Positions 36,821 through 50,524 of a DNA stretch of 64,000 nucleotides are shown piece by piece. The notes under the pieces were generated by a model that did not search any database, was not told the DNA's origin, and was given only the letters and a program-made list of their open reading frames with translations. Positions within the stretch are counted from its first letter, which is position 1; each line of letters opens with the position of its first letter. The translations under genes were made by a program, and so were the position numbers. The stretch comes from Mobula hypostoma (Eukaryota), in assembly GCF_963921235.1 (NCBI RefSeq), contig NC_086110.1:124001-188000 (forward strand), written 5' to 3'.

Positions 36821-37791
36821 CCGAGCAGAGAAGGAGAGGGTGGATTGTCTCATTGTGGCTTGGAACTGGAGTAGCTGGATGACGAATTTCCCTCCATGTT
36901 TTATCTCGCTGTCTGATCAGCTGTATCTTCATGAAGATGGATCTCTTGGTGCTACAGTGCTGGTGGAGTGCTGACATCCTCTTCCTTTTGCTCTGTTACA
37001 CTGGGATTCAGTCAGTGATGGACTGAGTGACTGCCCGTGGAATATTGACTCCTTGCTGAGACTAGAGCTTAAACAAAATTGTGCATCTGGCTTCCAGAAT
37101 GGTGGTGTGGAGGGGAAGGGGACGGGGAGGCTGATGAGAAGGAGGGGCCTGGGCTTCATAGCAGGGACCTTTGACTGGAAGTTCAGACTCACATGCTGGC
37201 AAAGAGTGAGGCAGCCCCTGGTTAGGTGAAGCCAGCTGGGTCCCCCTCCATTTATCCTCACATCTAGGCAAGCTGGTCTTAATGTGCTGTTGCCCTGGAA
37301 CCAGCACCAGAGGTTCTGTTGTGTCTTCCTTTCCCAGGACACTCCAGTCTTCCTGCACCCCAATTTGAGACACCAGCAATCAAGCGTAGGGAGATGCAGT
37401 ACAGACACAGGCCCTCTGGCTCAGAGTTTGTGCTGACACTGACTCCAATCAAACATAATCCCACCGGTAACCCTCCTCACAATCCCATCAACTACACCCC
37501 TCCACACCACCCCAAGTTCTACCCTTACCCACACACTGGAGGCAATTTCTGAGAGCATTTATCCCACCGATCCACAGATAGTTAGCAGGTCAGAGGAGCC
37601 CCACACAGTCAAAGTGAGAAGGTCTCCGTGTGCAATATCTCCTCCTTCGAGAGCCTGTGACGCGAGGCCTCCCAGGCAGTGCACTTAACCAAGGTGTGGT
37701 TGATGCTATTTGTTCTCTGGCTGCACAGAAGTTCCCTTCCGGTGAGTGGCTGGATGTTGAGGAGTGAGTAATGGGCTATCGTCTCTCACAG

Positions 37792-37910
37792 GTTCTACGA
37801 CAGCACAGTGAGCCGGGCAATGGTGGGAAACTGGTACAACAGGCAGTCTCCAGCCATCCCAGCAAACAACAAGCCGACAGCGAGGGACAAGAAACTGAAG
37901 ACCGACCTGG
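37792..37910 (+). CDS. NECAB2: NECAB2 variable linker exon, 119 nt (GFYDSTVSRAMVGNWYNRQSPAIPANNKPTARDKKLKTDL)
   Basis: ctctcacag acceptor, gtacgt donor; phases 2/1 bridge the flanking exons without stops; weak similarity to the mammalian linker (W..P.PA.N.K). Confidence 0.8.
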
Positions 37911-40837
37911 GTACGTTCCGGCTGGCACAGAGGAGCAGGAATTGTAAGCTGGGAGAATCCAGGACATGCACTGGGCTGAGTGTCAATGGAATTGGGTAAT
38001 GGGGATGGCAGAGAGAGACGGATAATTTGAAGTCACAGAGCCATGGTCAATTGTGAATCGCTGTGCAGTAGGGAAGGTATTGGGAGGCAAGTCTAAAAAG
38101 CAGGACGTCAGGGGAAAATGGTATCTAACTAGTTTGATTGAATCTTTTGAAGAGGCATCAGCAGGTATTAATGATGATTTTATCCACATACACGAATGAG
38201 ATCCTTGATAAGGTCCAAAGGTTTAGGATCTGAGACAAGTTAGCTAATTGGATCACAATGTTGTACCTGCCCTTTATCCTGCTCTATTCTGTCTAACTCT
38301 TCCCTCGCACATAGCCCTCCATTTTTCTGTCAGCCATATCCCTATCTGGGTTACGTAGAAGCATTTAATGTTTCTGCCTCTACCACCAGCTCTAGCAGTG
38401 TGCTCCACACACCCACCACTCTCTGTGTAAAGAAAAACCCACCTCTGACATTCCCCCACCTATTCCAGACCCATCTTGGTCCAACTGCCTGGCCTGCATC
38501 ATGGACTGTCCTGCAGTTCCACAGAGCTCCAGTCCACATGGAATCCTTTGACCCTCTCTGCAGCTTCACACTACAGTCGATCTCAGTGCCTTCCTGTTCC
38601 CCCAATCCCACTGAAACATGCCTCTCTCCCATTGCTCCCCGTTGCTGATAAGGTCGAGCAATTACCTTCCTGAGGCTGAAGAACAATAACTTAACCCCTC
38701 TTCGCCAACTTCCCTTCCACGGCACTGTCCCATCTCTCGAAACTTTCCCCCCCAGCATCCTGACCCTCTTCACCATCTCCCTCCTTTGACCATTAACTGA
38801 ATATCCCCCTCCATCAGCACCCCGTTCCCAATGCCCTCCACTGCCACCCACTGCCACAACTCCCACTGTCTCCAATTCACCCAGTATCGGCAAACATTTA
38901 ACCTTTTCCCAGCACCCTCCGTTGTACCAACCCCGTCACCACAAACCCCATCCTTCCCAAATATCTGGAGCCCGGACATTCCACAAGCTTTCCTGACACT
39001 CATTTGTCCCCCCGCTCCAATATCACTCCATCCTCCCCAACTCATATGACCCCAGTACAGTGCCCCTGACCCTTCCTGAGACCCCTGTGAGGATATTCTC
39101 ACCTCAGTTCCCACCCTGCTCCCATTCCCCTCACTTGCTAGTCCTCAAGTGAGGACCCCACTGCAGCCAGAGCAGAGATTATGCTGCTTTCTTCTGTTGT
39201 GTATTCTCCATTCTCTGCTTCAGGTGTTGCCCATGCCCCCTCCGCTAGGAAATCCACTCACCGGGCGACTGCTTTGTTCATCCCTTCTGTTGAACATTAG
39301 AATTCTCTTCAGCATTCCAGGTCACACCTCTCTGAACTCTCTGCCCTTGGTCTGCTAACTTGTCCTAATGACCATCTACCCCATGCCCCTCAAGATCTGA
39401 TAAACTCCAATAGTATCACCACTCAGTCTCCCTTGCTGCAGGGAAAACAGTCCCAGCCTACCCGGTCTCTTGTTATAACTCCAGACCCCAGTGCCAGCAA
39501 CATCCCAGTGAATTGTTCGCTGATCTCCGTGTCCGTGTGGGTGGTTCTTTGCCACAGCTGTACGGCAGTGAGAGCACCATGTTCAGGAGAGGAGGAAACA
39601 GAATGTACATGCTCACTGAATTAAACATCTGCTTCAGCAATGACGCTTCTTCTACAGTTAACAAATGTAATATATTTACAATTCATAGCTGGATGAATCT
39701 ACCTTGACTTTAAATGAAACCCGAAGTCATTCCATGTAATAGAGTCTGACTCTGCCAGTGAATACCTAGAGAGCCGGTTACATTGGTTTCTGTCCACAGA
39801 CGGATAGTATGTCTGCAAAGAGGCCTAATGCGAATGGAAAAGTGTAAATTTTAAGTGCTAGCACTTATAATCTGGATATTATTGAATCAGCAGAACACAC
39901 TGCATGTTTTATGAATTACATTTTATAAGGCTCTCTCTGCCTCAGAGTGTAACCAAATATAACATCTGAATCAGAACCAGGCAGATATTCTGCTTTTCAA
40001 TGTGATCAAGGCTGATCTCACTGTAACCTCTACCCTCACTGACCTTTGGCATTGCTGTAGAAATATTCAAAAACCCTGTCAGTATCACCAGTTAAGGGTG
40101 GGAGTGCCAAAGGCTCAAAAATCTCAAAGGATCTCTAAGGGATTCTTATTTTTAAACAGTAATGCCCCGATTCCAAACACTCTTCTGAAGGAACGACCTT
40201 CTCTGTATTCTCCTTGTCAAGACCACTTGGGATTTTATTTCTGTGAAGCTTTGCTCAGTTCTTCTTCTGTCGTTTGACATTATATTAGAAGGGAATAGGT
40301 CAGAGGTTGTAGACACAGTGGCTTCAGTTTCATGTCAGTCTATCCTAAACAGTTACCACATCATTAATTGGGAGTCATTATAACGGGAAGGCGTTGAGCA
40401 TTGGAGTTGGGAAGTTATGTTGCAGAGATTGGTGAGGCCACACGTAGAGTATCATGTATGGGTTTGGTTATCCTGTTGTAGGAAATTATTAATCTAGAAA
40501 GAGTGCAGAAAAGGTTTACCGGTTGTTGCCTGGACTTGAGGTGCTGGAGTTACAAGGAGACGTTGTCTAGACTAGATCTTTATGCTCCAGAATGTACGAG
40601 ATATATGATCATGAGGGACATAAACAGGGTGAATGCACAACTTCTTCCGTGGGAAGGGATGTTAGAAACAAGAGGGCATTGGTTTTAAATCAGATGTGGA
40701 AGATTTGAAAGGCACGTCAGAGGCAGCAGCTACGTGCAAAGGTTGGTGTGTTCTTGGACTGAGCTGCCAGAAATAGTGACACACATAAAAAACGCTGGTG
40801 AACGCAGCAGGCCAGGCAGCATCTCTAGGAAGAGGTA

Positions 40838-40876
40838 CAGTCGAATGTTTCAGGCCGAGACCCTTCGTCAGGAGTA
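40838..40876 (-). ncRNA. Hammerhead motif of PLE left arm (CUGACGA and GAAA kept, stem III altered)
   Basis: Minus strand: acuc-CUGACGA-AGGGUCUCGGCCU-GAAACAUUC-GACUG. Confidence 0.55.
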
Positions 40877-41559
40877 ACTGAAAGAAGAGCTAGTAAGAGA
40901 TTTGAAAGTGGGAGGGGGTGGGGGAGATCCGAAATGATAGGAGAAGACAGGAGGGGGAGGGATGGAGCCAAGAGCTGGACAGGTGATTGGCAAAAGGGAT
41001 ACGAGAGGATCATGGGACAGGAGGCCCAGGGAGAAAGAAAAGGGGGAGCGGGGAAGCCCAGAGGATGGGCAAGGAGTATAGTGAGAGTGACAGAGGGAGA
41101 AAAAGGAGAGAGAGAAAATAATAATAATAATTGAATAAATAATGGATGGGGTACGAAGGGGAGGTGGGGCATTAATGGAGGTTAGAGAAGTCAATGTTCA
41201 TGCCATCAGGTTGGAGGCTACCCAGATGAAATATAAGGTGTTGTTCCTCCAACCTGAGTGTGGCTTCATCTTTACAGTAGAGGAGGCCGTGGATAGAAAT
41301 GTCAGAATTGGAATGGGATGTGGAATTAAATTAGAACACCTATGCTCTGTCCGCTAGAGAAAGCAGGATCTCCCAGTGGCCACACATTTTAATTCCACAT
41401 CCCATTCCCATTCTGATATGTCTACCCACGGCCTCCTCTATTGCAAAGATGAAGCCACAATCAGGTTGGAGGAACAACACCTTATATTCCATCTGGGTAG
41501 CCTCCAACCTGATGGCATGAACATTGACTTCTCAAACTTCTGCTAATGCCCCACCTCCC

Positions 41560-41691
41560 NNNNNNNNNNNNNNNNNNNNNNNNNNNNNNNNNNNNNNNNN
41601 NNNNNNNNNNNNNNNNNNNNNNNNNNNNNNNNNNNNNNNNNNNNNNNNNNNNNNNNNNNNNNNNNNNNNNNNNNNNNNNNNNNNNNNNNNN
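41560..41691. other. Assembly gap (N run) inside the PLE plus arm
   Basis: Run of n. Confidence 1.
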
Positions 41692-41894
41692 ACCCCTTTC
41701 CCATCCTCTGAGTTTCCCCCCCCATCCCCCTTTTCCTTCTCCCTGGACCTCCTGTCCCATGATCTTCTCATATCCCCTTTGCCAAACAACTGTCCAGCTC
41801 TTGGTTCCATCCTTCCCCCTCCTGTCTTCTCCTGTCGTTTCGGATCTGCCCTCCCCCTCCCACTTTCAAATCTCTTACTAGCTCTTCTTTCAGT

Positions 41895-41932
41895 TAGTAC
41901 TGACAAAGGGTCTCGGCCCGAAACGTCGACTG
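41895..41932 (+). ncRNA. Hammerhead motif of PLE right arm, probably inactive (core G8 to A)
   Basis: UAGUA-CUGACAA-AGGGUCUCGGCCC-GAAACGUC-GACUG. Confidence 0.55.
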
Positions 41933-42429
41933 TACCTCTTCCGAGAGATGCTGCCTGGCCTGCTGCGTTCACCAGCATTTTTTATGTGTGTTGCTTGAAA
42001 TTCCAGCGTGTCTGCAGATTTCCTCGTGTTTGTGCCAGAAATAGTGGTTGTGACAGGCAGGTTATCAATATCTAAAAGCAATCTGGTAAGTATGTGGATA
42101 GAAGTTATTGAAAGGGATGTGAGGAGATGGGATTAGCTGGCTGGAGTACACAGTTGCCTTGGATGAGTTGGGCCAAAGGACATGTTTCCATGCTGTGTGA
42201 CACTGACTATGAGAGATAGAAAGCTATTCTCTCCCAAGTGAAAAACTGTCTTCCACATCCGTCTGACTCCAGTCTCCCTCAAAGAGAACTTCTGGAACAT
42301 GCAGAGTTCATTTTTTATCACCTGGGCATTTCTGGCCACACTGGCATTTATTACCTTTGAGGTGTGAGCTGTCTTCTAAAACTAGAGTCCCTCTAGTGAA
42401 GATCCTCCCAGATTATTGCGGTGTTTAGA

Positions 42430-43170
42430 ACCGGTGATCTTGACAGATTGGAAGTATATGCAGGATCATGAGATGTGTTGTAGCTGTATGACGTGGAAGC
42501 CGGACCTCATTGTGGGTCCTGGTGATCTCATCTGTAGAAAGTGTTGGCTGCTTGAGGAATTTGATCTAAATGTTGATGACATGGAATCCCAGCTTCAAAC
42601 ACAGCGATGCACCAGGGACGGGTAGTTACCTGGACACTGTTTCAGGAGGCAGTCGCACCCAGTAGATTAACTATTTCAAATTCAGTCTGTGGTCGGAGAC
42701 AAGAGTGTGTGACTAGGAGTGAGGCAGGTAGAGGTGGTGATGCACCTTGAGTGTGCTCAGTAGGTCTGAGATTCTGAATTTGTTGCTGATTCTCAGAGGA
42801 TGTGAGTGGGCGCTGCAGGATGGATAAGTGATGGAATTGTGGCACTGTGGTTCAGGGAGACATTCAAGGAGGGAGAGAAGTGAAATTGTAACTGGGAATA
42901 GTGTAGTCAGGGTAATAAACACAATTCTACTTTGAAAGGATCAGGAGTCCTAAAGGCTGTGTTGTCTGCCTGGTGCTTAGGTTCGGTAAATCTCGTCTGA
43001 CCTGTGGACGAATTTGAGGTCGAAGTGGAGAGATCCAGTTGTCCTGGTATATGTGTAGCAGTGATGTTGGAAAAACAAGGAAAGATGTCCTGCTGAGGGA
43101 ACTTGAGCTCTAGGGACTGTGTTAAAATGCAGAACCAAAAAGGTAATAATCTCAGAGTTGTTGGATTCAG
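42430..43170 (+). mobile_element. CR1 ORF1 remnant (Zn finger + esterase)
   Basis: CCSCMTW..LICRKCWLLEEFDLNVDDMESQL. Confidence 0.7.
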
Positions 43171-43187
43171 AGTCAGGCTCACGTACA

Positions 43188-43375
43188 TCAAAACATACAG
43201 TGGAATGAACATACAATGAACATACAGTGAACAGATGGTGAAATGAACATACAGTGAACATACTCTGAAATGAATATACACTGAACACACGAACATACAG
43301 TGAATATACAATGAACATACAGAGAACGTACAGTGAAATGCACGTACAGTGAACATAAATTAAACATACAGTGAA
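43188..43375 (+). repeat. Degenerate (gaacatacagt)n short tandem repeat
   Basis: More than 12 visible aacatacag/tgaa units. Confidence 0.85.
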
Positions 43376-43589
43376 AGGTGTCATTTGAGTTAACAACAGC
43401 AAAACAAACCTCTTAGCCCCATCCCTCCCACTCAGACAGAGACACAGACTGCCTTCGATCCCAGACCGGCTCCCTCTAGTGGATTCACGGAAGCCGGGAC
43501 GTAGGCTCTCTGACTTTCCTAGTAAATTCATGGACTGGGGGACAGGGTCTCCCACCTCCCCAGTGGATTCACAGACTCAGGACTAGTGA

Positions 43590-46270
43590 AAATTAAAAGA
43601 GGATACCAAATGTTTTTTTAGGACATATTGAAAGAATAAAAGACAGGTGTGTCAATTGGATACACCGGAAACAATTAGAAAATAATGCTGATATAGTAGT
43701 AATGGGGAAAACTAAATGGCAACAAACTATATAAGTATTTTGCATCAGTCTTCACTGTGGAAGACACCAGCAGCAAGCCAGAAATATAAGAATGTCAAAT
43801 GGCAGTAGTGAGTTTAGTCACTATTACTAAAGAGAAGGTATTTAGAAAGCTGAGAGATATAAAGGTAGATAAGACAAAATGGACTGCAGTCAGTGTCTGA
43901 TAGAGAAAGTTGAAGAGACTGTCGATGTATTAGTAGTGATCTTTTAAGAACCACGAGACTCTGGAATGGGTTTGGTGGACTGGAAAATTGCAAATGTCAC
44001 CAGTTTTTAAGAAGGGAGGAAGGGAGTCAAAAGAGAGGAAATTATTGACCATTGAGCCTGACTTCAATGGTTGGAAATATGTTGGAGTCCGTTATTGACA
44101 AGGTGCCACACATGAGGCTACTCACCAAGCTAAGAACCCAAGGCATTACAGGCAAGTAACTGGCATGGTTAGAGCATTGGCTGATTGGTAGGAGGCAGTA
44201 AGAGTGAATAAAAGAATTCTTTTCTGGTTGGCTGTGAGTGAGTAGTGGTGTTCTGCAGGGGTTGCTGCTGGGGCTGCTTCTTTTCATGCTGTATATTAGC
44301 GATTTAGATAATGAAATAAATAGTTTTGTTGCCAAGTTTTCAGACAATATGAAGATTGGTAGAGGGACAGGTAGTACTGAGGAAACAGCAAGGCTGCAGA
44401 AGGACTTAGACAGATTAGGAGAATGGAAAAGAAAGTGGCAAATGAAATACAATGTTGGAAAATGCATGGTCATGCACTTTGGTAATAGTAATAAATGCAT
44501 GGACTATTTTCTAAATGGGAGAAAATCCAAAAATCTAAGATGCCAAAGGGACTTGCAAGTCCTTGGGCAGAACACCCTAAAGATTAACTTGCAGGTTGAG
44601 TTGGTGGTGAGGAAGGCAAATGCAATGTTGACATTCATTTTAGGAGGTCTAGAATACAAGAGCAAGGATGTGACGCAGAGGTTTTATAAGGTGCTTGTGA
44701 GGCCTCACCTTGAGTATTGTGAACAGTTTTGGGCTCCTTCTCTAAGAAAAGATGTGCTGGCATTGGAGAGGGTCCAGAGGAGGTTCACAAGGATGATTCC
44801 GGGAATGAAAGGGTTATCATACGAAGAATGTTTGATTGCCCTAGGTCTGTACTGGCTTGAATTTAGAAGGATGAAGGGGGACTCTCATTGAAACCTTTTG
44901 AATGGCGTAGAGAGAACAGATGTGGAAAGAATGTTTTAACGGTGGGAGAGTCTAGGACAAGAGGGCACAGCCTCAGGATAGAGGGGCATCCATTCAAAAC
45001 CGAGATGCAGAGAAATTTCTTTAGCGAGAGAGTGGTGGATTTGAGGAATTTGTTACCACGGGCATGTGGCGGTCAGGTCATTGGGTGCATTTAAGGCAGA
45101 GCTTGATCGGTTCTTGATTGGTCACAGCGTCAAAGGTTACAGGGAGAAAACTGGGGAGTGGGGACGAGGAAGGGGCAAAAGGCACAACCATGATTGAATA
45201 GTGGAGCAGAGCTGATGGACAAAATGGCCTAAATCTGTTCCTATGTTTTATGGCCTTATTAAGGATGAGGTTTCGGGATACTTGATTTCACACAAGAAAA
45301 TATGTCAGCATTGATTTCCTTAAGGAGAAATCTTTCCTGACAAATGTAGGGAATTATTTTGAGGAAATAACAGGGAGAATAGACAAAGGTGAATAAGTAG
45401 ATGTTTACTTGGATTTTCAGAAGACCTTTGAGGGTATGAAACTAGATAAGAGCTCATGGTATTACAGGAAAGATAGGCTGAATGATAGAAGGAAAAGATT
45501 GGGAATAAAGCGGCCTTTTCTAGTTGGCTGCCGGTGACAGGGTCAGAGTTGGGTCTGCTGCTTTTCACATTATAAGTAATCATCATCATAGCTTGTCACA
45601 CCAGACAGCCAGCCACTCTAGGGTTGTTTGGTTGATGTTGAGCAGGTCAGTGTCAGCTAAATCAGGTGAGAGTGGGCAGTTGCGCAGAACGTGTTCAATG
45701 TTCTGCACCCTTTCGCCACACTCACAGGATTCGCTGGTCTTTAAACCCCACTTCGCCATATTGTCTCCCGTCCTACAAACTCCCGCTCTCGCTCTGTTGA
45801 GAGTGCACCACTTCTGTCTGTCAAGCAGTGCCCCGTCTGTTACTATAAGTAATGATCTGGATGGTGGAATTGATGGCTTTGTGACCAGCTGTGCAATCAA
45901 TACAAAAGTAGAGGGAGAAGCAGGCAGATTTGAGAAGGCATGTCATCCGCAGACAGATTTGGACAGGTTAGGAGAATAGGAAAGAAGTGACAGATGGGAT
46001 ACAGTGTGGGAAAGTGTATGGTTATGCGCTTTGGTAGAAGCAATAAATGTGTAGACTATTTTCTAAAAGAGGAGCAAATTCAGAAATCAGAAATACAAAG
46101 GGACTTGGGAGTCCAAGTGCAGGATTCCCTAAATGTTGAAGTGTGTCAAAGGATATGAGAAGAAGCAAGAAGAATGGGAGAGGGAGGGGGAAAAGAAACC
46201 AGGCATGACCAAATGGCAAAACAGACACAATGGGCCAAATGGCCTAACCTTGGTTTTATGGCTTAATATT
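43590..46270 (+). mobile_element. Nested CR1 ORF2 remnants
   Basis: 217-aa ORF 44238-44891 (KFSDNMK, LVRPHLEYC), CR1 tails. Confidence 0.88.
45581..45843 (-). mobile_element. Vingi/Ingi (I-superfamily)-like retrotransposon 3' end
   Basis: Stop-free frame WCTLNRARAGVCRTGDNMAKWG..CECGERVQNIEHVLRNCP..W; (TGA)n tail; 10-bp TSD tataagtaat at 45571-45580 and 45844-45853. Confidence 0.75.
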
Positions 46271-47009
46271 TCCCAGTCTGAAAGGGGTTTGTGTTGAGGG
46301 GAACCTGCAGGCGGTGGTATCCTCCTGCACCTACAGCCTTTCTCTTTCATGATGGTGGACGTTAGGGGTTTACATTTTCTTGTAATTCCCTCCCACCATC
46401 TGTCACCTCTTCACTATGGCCACAGCCTCCAAATACTGGCCTGCTGTTCCACTCTGAACCCATCCCAATCTCAGGCACTGTTCCCCTCTCCCACCTCACC
46501 CCAACCTTAACCCTTATCTGACTGTGAACTAGACCATAGGAAGGTGCAGAGAGTTGTAGACCTCACAGATTGACACAATCATACAGAACAGAAATGGCTC
46601 CTTAGCTCATCTCATCCATGCCAACTTTTTTAACCACCTACACTAATCCCATTGCTCATATGAAGACTGTATCCTTCTACGCCTTGCTCATTGTAATGCT
46701 TGACTAAATGCCTCTTGAACAAAATGATCGCATCTGAATCCACTACCTCATCTGGCAGTGTGTTCCAGATATCAATTGCTCTCTGTGTAAGAAAAACTGA
46801 CCCCTCAAATCTCCTTTACATCTGCTCTCTCCAGAAACCTATGCTCTCTTGTTTTTTGATAAGCCTAGCAAGAGAATGAGACTTTGTCTATCTAACCTAT
46901 TTAAGCTTCTTATATAGTGTCAGGCTCCTTTACTCGAGGAAAAGCAAGCCCAGCCTATCTGCTCTCTCCCCGTAACTAAAGTACTCCCCAGCACTCTCTG
47001 CAGCACAAC

Positions 47010-48285
47010 TGTGTTGAGACCGATTCTTTTTTCATTATATATCAATGAACTTCATTATGGAATTAATAGCTTTGTTGCACGGTTTGCAGACAACGTGAAG
47101 ATAGGTGGAGGGGTAGGTAGCTTTGAGGAAGTAGAGAGGTTACATAAGCACTCATACAGATTAGGAGAATGGGTAAAGAAATGGCAGATGGAATACAGTG
47201 TCGGGAAGTGTATGGTCATGCACTTTGGTAGAAGAAATGGAAGTGCTGACTATTTTCTAAATAGAGAGAACATACAAAAAACTGAGTCAAAAAGGGACTT
47301 GGGAGTCCTTGTGCAGGATTCCCTAAATGTTAATTTGTAGTTGAGTCTGTGGCGAGGAAGACAAATGCAATGTTTGCATTCATTTTAAGATGACTAGGAT
47401 ATAAAAGCAAGGATGTAATGTTGAAACATTATAAAGCACTGGTGAGGCCTCACTTGGAGTATCATGAGCAGGCTTGGGCTCCTGATCTTAGAAAGGATGT
47501 GCTGAAACTGGAAAGGCTTCAAAGGAGGCTCATGAAAATGATTCCAGGATTAAATTGCTTGTCATATTAAATAGCTTACCCATCCATCCGGTAGGTGCTA
47601 CAGGAGCCTCCGCTCCCACACCAGCAGGCACAGGAAGAGCTTCTTCCCTGAAGCTGTGACCCTGCTGAACCTCACATCACAGCGCTAAGCAGTATTGCAC
47701 CCATATTGTACTGTCTCAGTACTTTTATATTTGTGTGCTGTAGCACTTACTTTTTATTCACAGTTATTTTGTAAATAACACTATTCTTTGCATTTCTGGT
47801 CAGATGCTAACTGCATTTCATTGGCTTTGTATCTGTACTTGGCACAATGACAATGAAGTTGAATCTAATCTAATCTAATCTAATATGAAGAACGTTTGCT
47901 GGCTCTGGGCCTGTATTTACTAGAATTCAGAAGACTGAGGGATGATCTCATTGAAACCTATGAAAGTGGATGTGGAGAGAATAGTTCCTATGGTGGGAGA
48001 GTCTAAGACCAGAGGACACAGCCTCAGAATAGAGGAGTGTCATTTTAGAATTGAGATGAAGAGGAATTTGTTTAGCCAGAGAATGGCAAATCTGTGGAAT
48101 TCTTTGCCACAGGCAGCTGTGGAGGCCAAGTCTTTATGTATATTTAAGGCAGAGGTTCATAGATACTTGATTAGTCAAGGCAAGAAGGGATATGGGGAGA
48201 AGGCAGGAGATTGCAGCTGAGAGGAAAATTGTATCAGCCAAATGGTCTAATTCTGCTCCTACATTTTATGGTCTTATGGTCTAAC
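47010..48285 (+). mobile_element. CR1 ORF2 remnant with nested Rex1/Babar 3' end (~47570-47884, (ctaat)n tail)
   Basis: RFADNVK motif; host gtcatat|..|atgaagaacg resumes after the insert. Confidence 0.85.
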
Positions 48286-48691
48286 TATGTTCCCTTCTGA
48301 TGGTATGGTGACTAGAACTATGCACAATTCTCAATGAAGCCTAACCAGTGTTTTGTAAGGTTCAACATAACAACCCAGACCAATGAACGCCAGCATGCCA
48401 CATGCCTTATTAAGCACTATCAATCCATGTAGCCACTTTTGGGGAACTATGGATTTGGACCCCAAGATTCCTCTGTTCAACGACATTACTCAGTATCCCA
48501 CCATCTACTCTATGCCCTGTTTCTCTGCTGTACTTTTCTATGACAATAAGCCTTGGCCCTGTGTGACCTCCTAAAATGCATCACCTTGTGCTTGTCAGGA
48601 TTACATTCCTCTGCCAAGGTTTTGCCCAACTGCCCATCTGATCTATATCCTGCTGTAGCCTTAGATAACTTTCCTCACTACCTATAACACC

Positions 48692-49440
48692 TACCTCTGT
48701 AGAGATCGTTAAGATCACCAAATTTCTTGGTGTTCACCTGGCGGAGAATCTCACCTGGTCCCTCAACACCAGCTCCATAGCAAAGAAAGCCCAGCAGTGT
48801 CTCTACTTTCTGCGAAGGCTGAGAAAAGTCTATCTCCCACCCCCACCCTCACCACATTCTACAGAGGTTGTATTGAGAGCATCCTGAGCAGCTGCATCAC
48901 TGCCTGGTTCGGAAATTGCACCATCTCGGATCGCAAGACCCTGCAGTGGATAGTGAGGTCAGCTGAGAAGATCATCGGGATCTCTCTTCCCACCATTACA
49001 GACATTTACACCACACACTGCATCCGTAAAGCAAACAGCATTACGAAGGATCCCCATGCTCCCCTCACACAAACTCTTCTCCCTCCTGCCATCTGGCAAA
49101 AGGCACCGAAGCATTTGGGCTCTCACGACCAGACTATGTAACAGTTTCTTCCCCCAAGCCATCAGACTCCTCAATACCCAGAGCCTGGACTGACACCAAC
49201 CTACTGCCCTCTACTGTGCCTATTGTCTTGTTTATTATTTATTGTAATGCCTGCACTGTTTTGTGCACTTTATGCAGTCCTGGGTAGGTCTGTAGTATAG
49301 TGTAGTTTGTGTTGTTTTATGTAGTTCAGTGTAGTTTTTGTATTGTTCCTGTAGCACCATGGTCCTGAAAAACGTTGTCTCATTTTTACTGTGTACTGTA
49401 CCAGCAGTTATGGTCAAAATGACAATAAAAAGTGACTTGA
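48692..49440 (+). mobile_element. Rex1/Babar 3' fragment inserted in a minus-strand CR1
   Basis: LTTFYRGCIESILSSCITAWFGNC..LQWIVRSAEKIIG; aataaa + (tgact)n tail. Confidence 0.88.
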
Positions 49441-50524
49441 CCTCCAATTTTCATGTCATTCAGAGAGGCACTAATCATCCCTTCTGCATTCACATTGTTA
49501 ATATATATCACAAATAACAAGAGACCTTGCCAATTCCAATATTATATTAATAGTCATAGACTTCCGATCTGTGAGACGTTCTTCCACCACCACCCTCTGC
49601 TTTCTCTCTCCAAGCCAACTTTGGATCCAATTAGCTGGCCTTGAATCCCACCTGCCTTAACCTTTTGCACCAGTTTAGCTTATGGACCCTAATAAATAGG
49701 GTCATCAAAGAATTTCAACACAGTGATTGGAATATTTAATGAGACTTTCAGCTCTGTGAGTCTCAGTTTGACAGAAGAGAATTATTTTGTCTTTCTCTGC
49801 CAATTAATTGGGCTTATGTTTAATTTGACATTCATATCGAGGAAATAGTTGAGGGGATGGTGTAGAGGCAGAACAAGTGTCACAAGTGTCAGAAGGCTCT
49901 GATGGGACGGTGTGGGGCTCTGCTTTTGAACCTAGTTTGATTGGACTAGGTGGAAGGAAATTTGGGGTGTCAGCACAGAAGACATACTGTTCTGGAGGGG
50001 CTCATCAGGTCAGGCAGCATCTGTGGAGCGAGAGCCAGCGTTACGGATCAGTGACCTTACATCTAATTCTTTTGTGTCCCGTGCCATTCAGCCCTGCGAA
50101 CGTGTGATGGGCTAGTGTAGAGGGTAGCTCATCATCCATTATGGCAGAGTCATTCAAGATATTCAGGGTGGAGATTGACAGGTAGTGGAACCAAAAAGCA
50201 GTCAGGAAATCTTGGAAGGGTGCAGGAGAGGGATTTCAGGGCCAGGACAGTTCAGCCTTGATCTTATTGGATGGGAGAGCAGACCCAAGGAGCTGAGCAA
50301 CCTGTTTCTGATCCTCATTGAGTCCCTTTCACTCGCTATGTCCATACTGACCTTTTCTGCCGACCAACATTAATCCCAGTTGCCTGCATTGGAATGTGAT
50401 CTTTTTGTGTCTTACCTATTTAAATGTATCTAATGTGCATCTGCCTTATGTCAATTTGAACTAATCTGTTGTTTATTTGTAGAAGGGAAGCTCGTAATGA
50501 GTTTTGTCTCTGTCCCCCATGCAG

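Larger units (their letters stand above)
40779..42032. mobile_element. Palindromic Penelope-like insertion (minus arm 40779-41330, plus arm 41331-42032) inside a CR1 3' fragment
   Basis: 14-bp TSD tgccagaaatagtg at 40765-40778 and 42033-42046; arms are reverse complements; GIY-YIG C-terminus. Confidence 0.92.

Noticed and set aside
36200-36977. Long ORFs of 217-255 aa (and similar ones at 6866-7273 and 41482-42075)
   Set aside because: Artefacts of translating through N gaps
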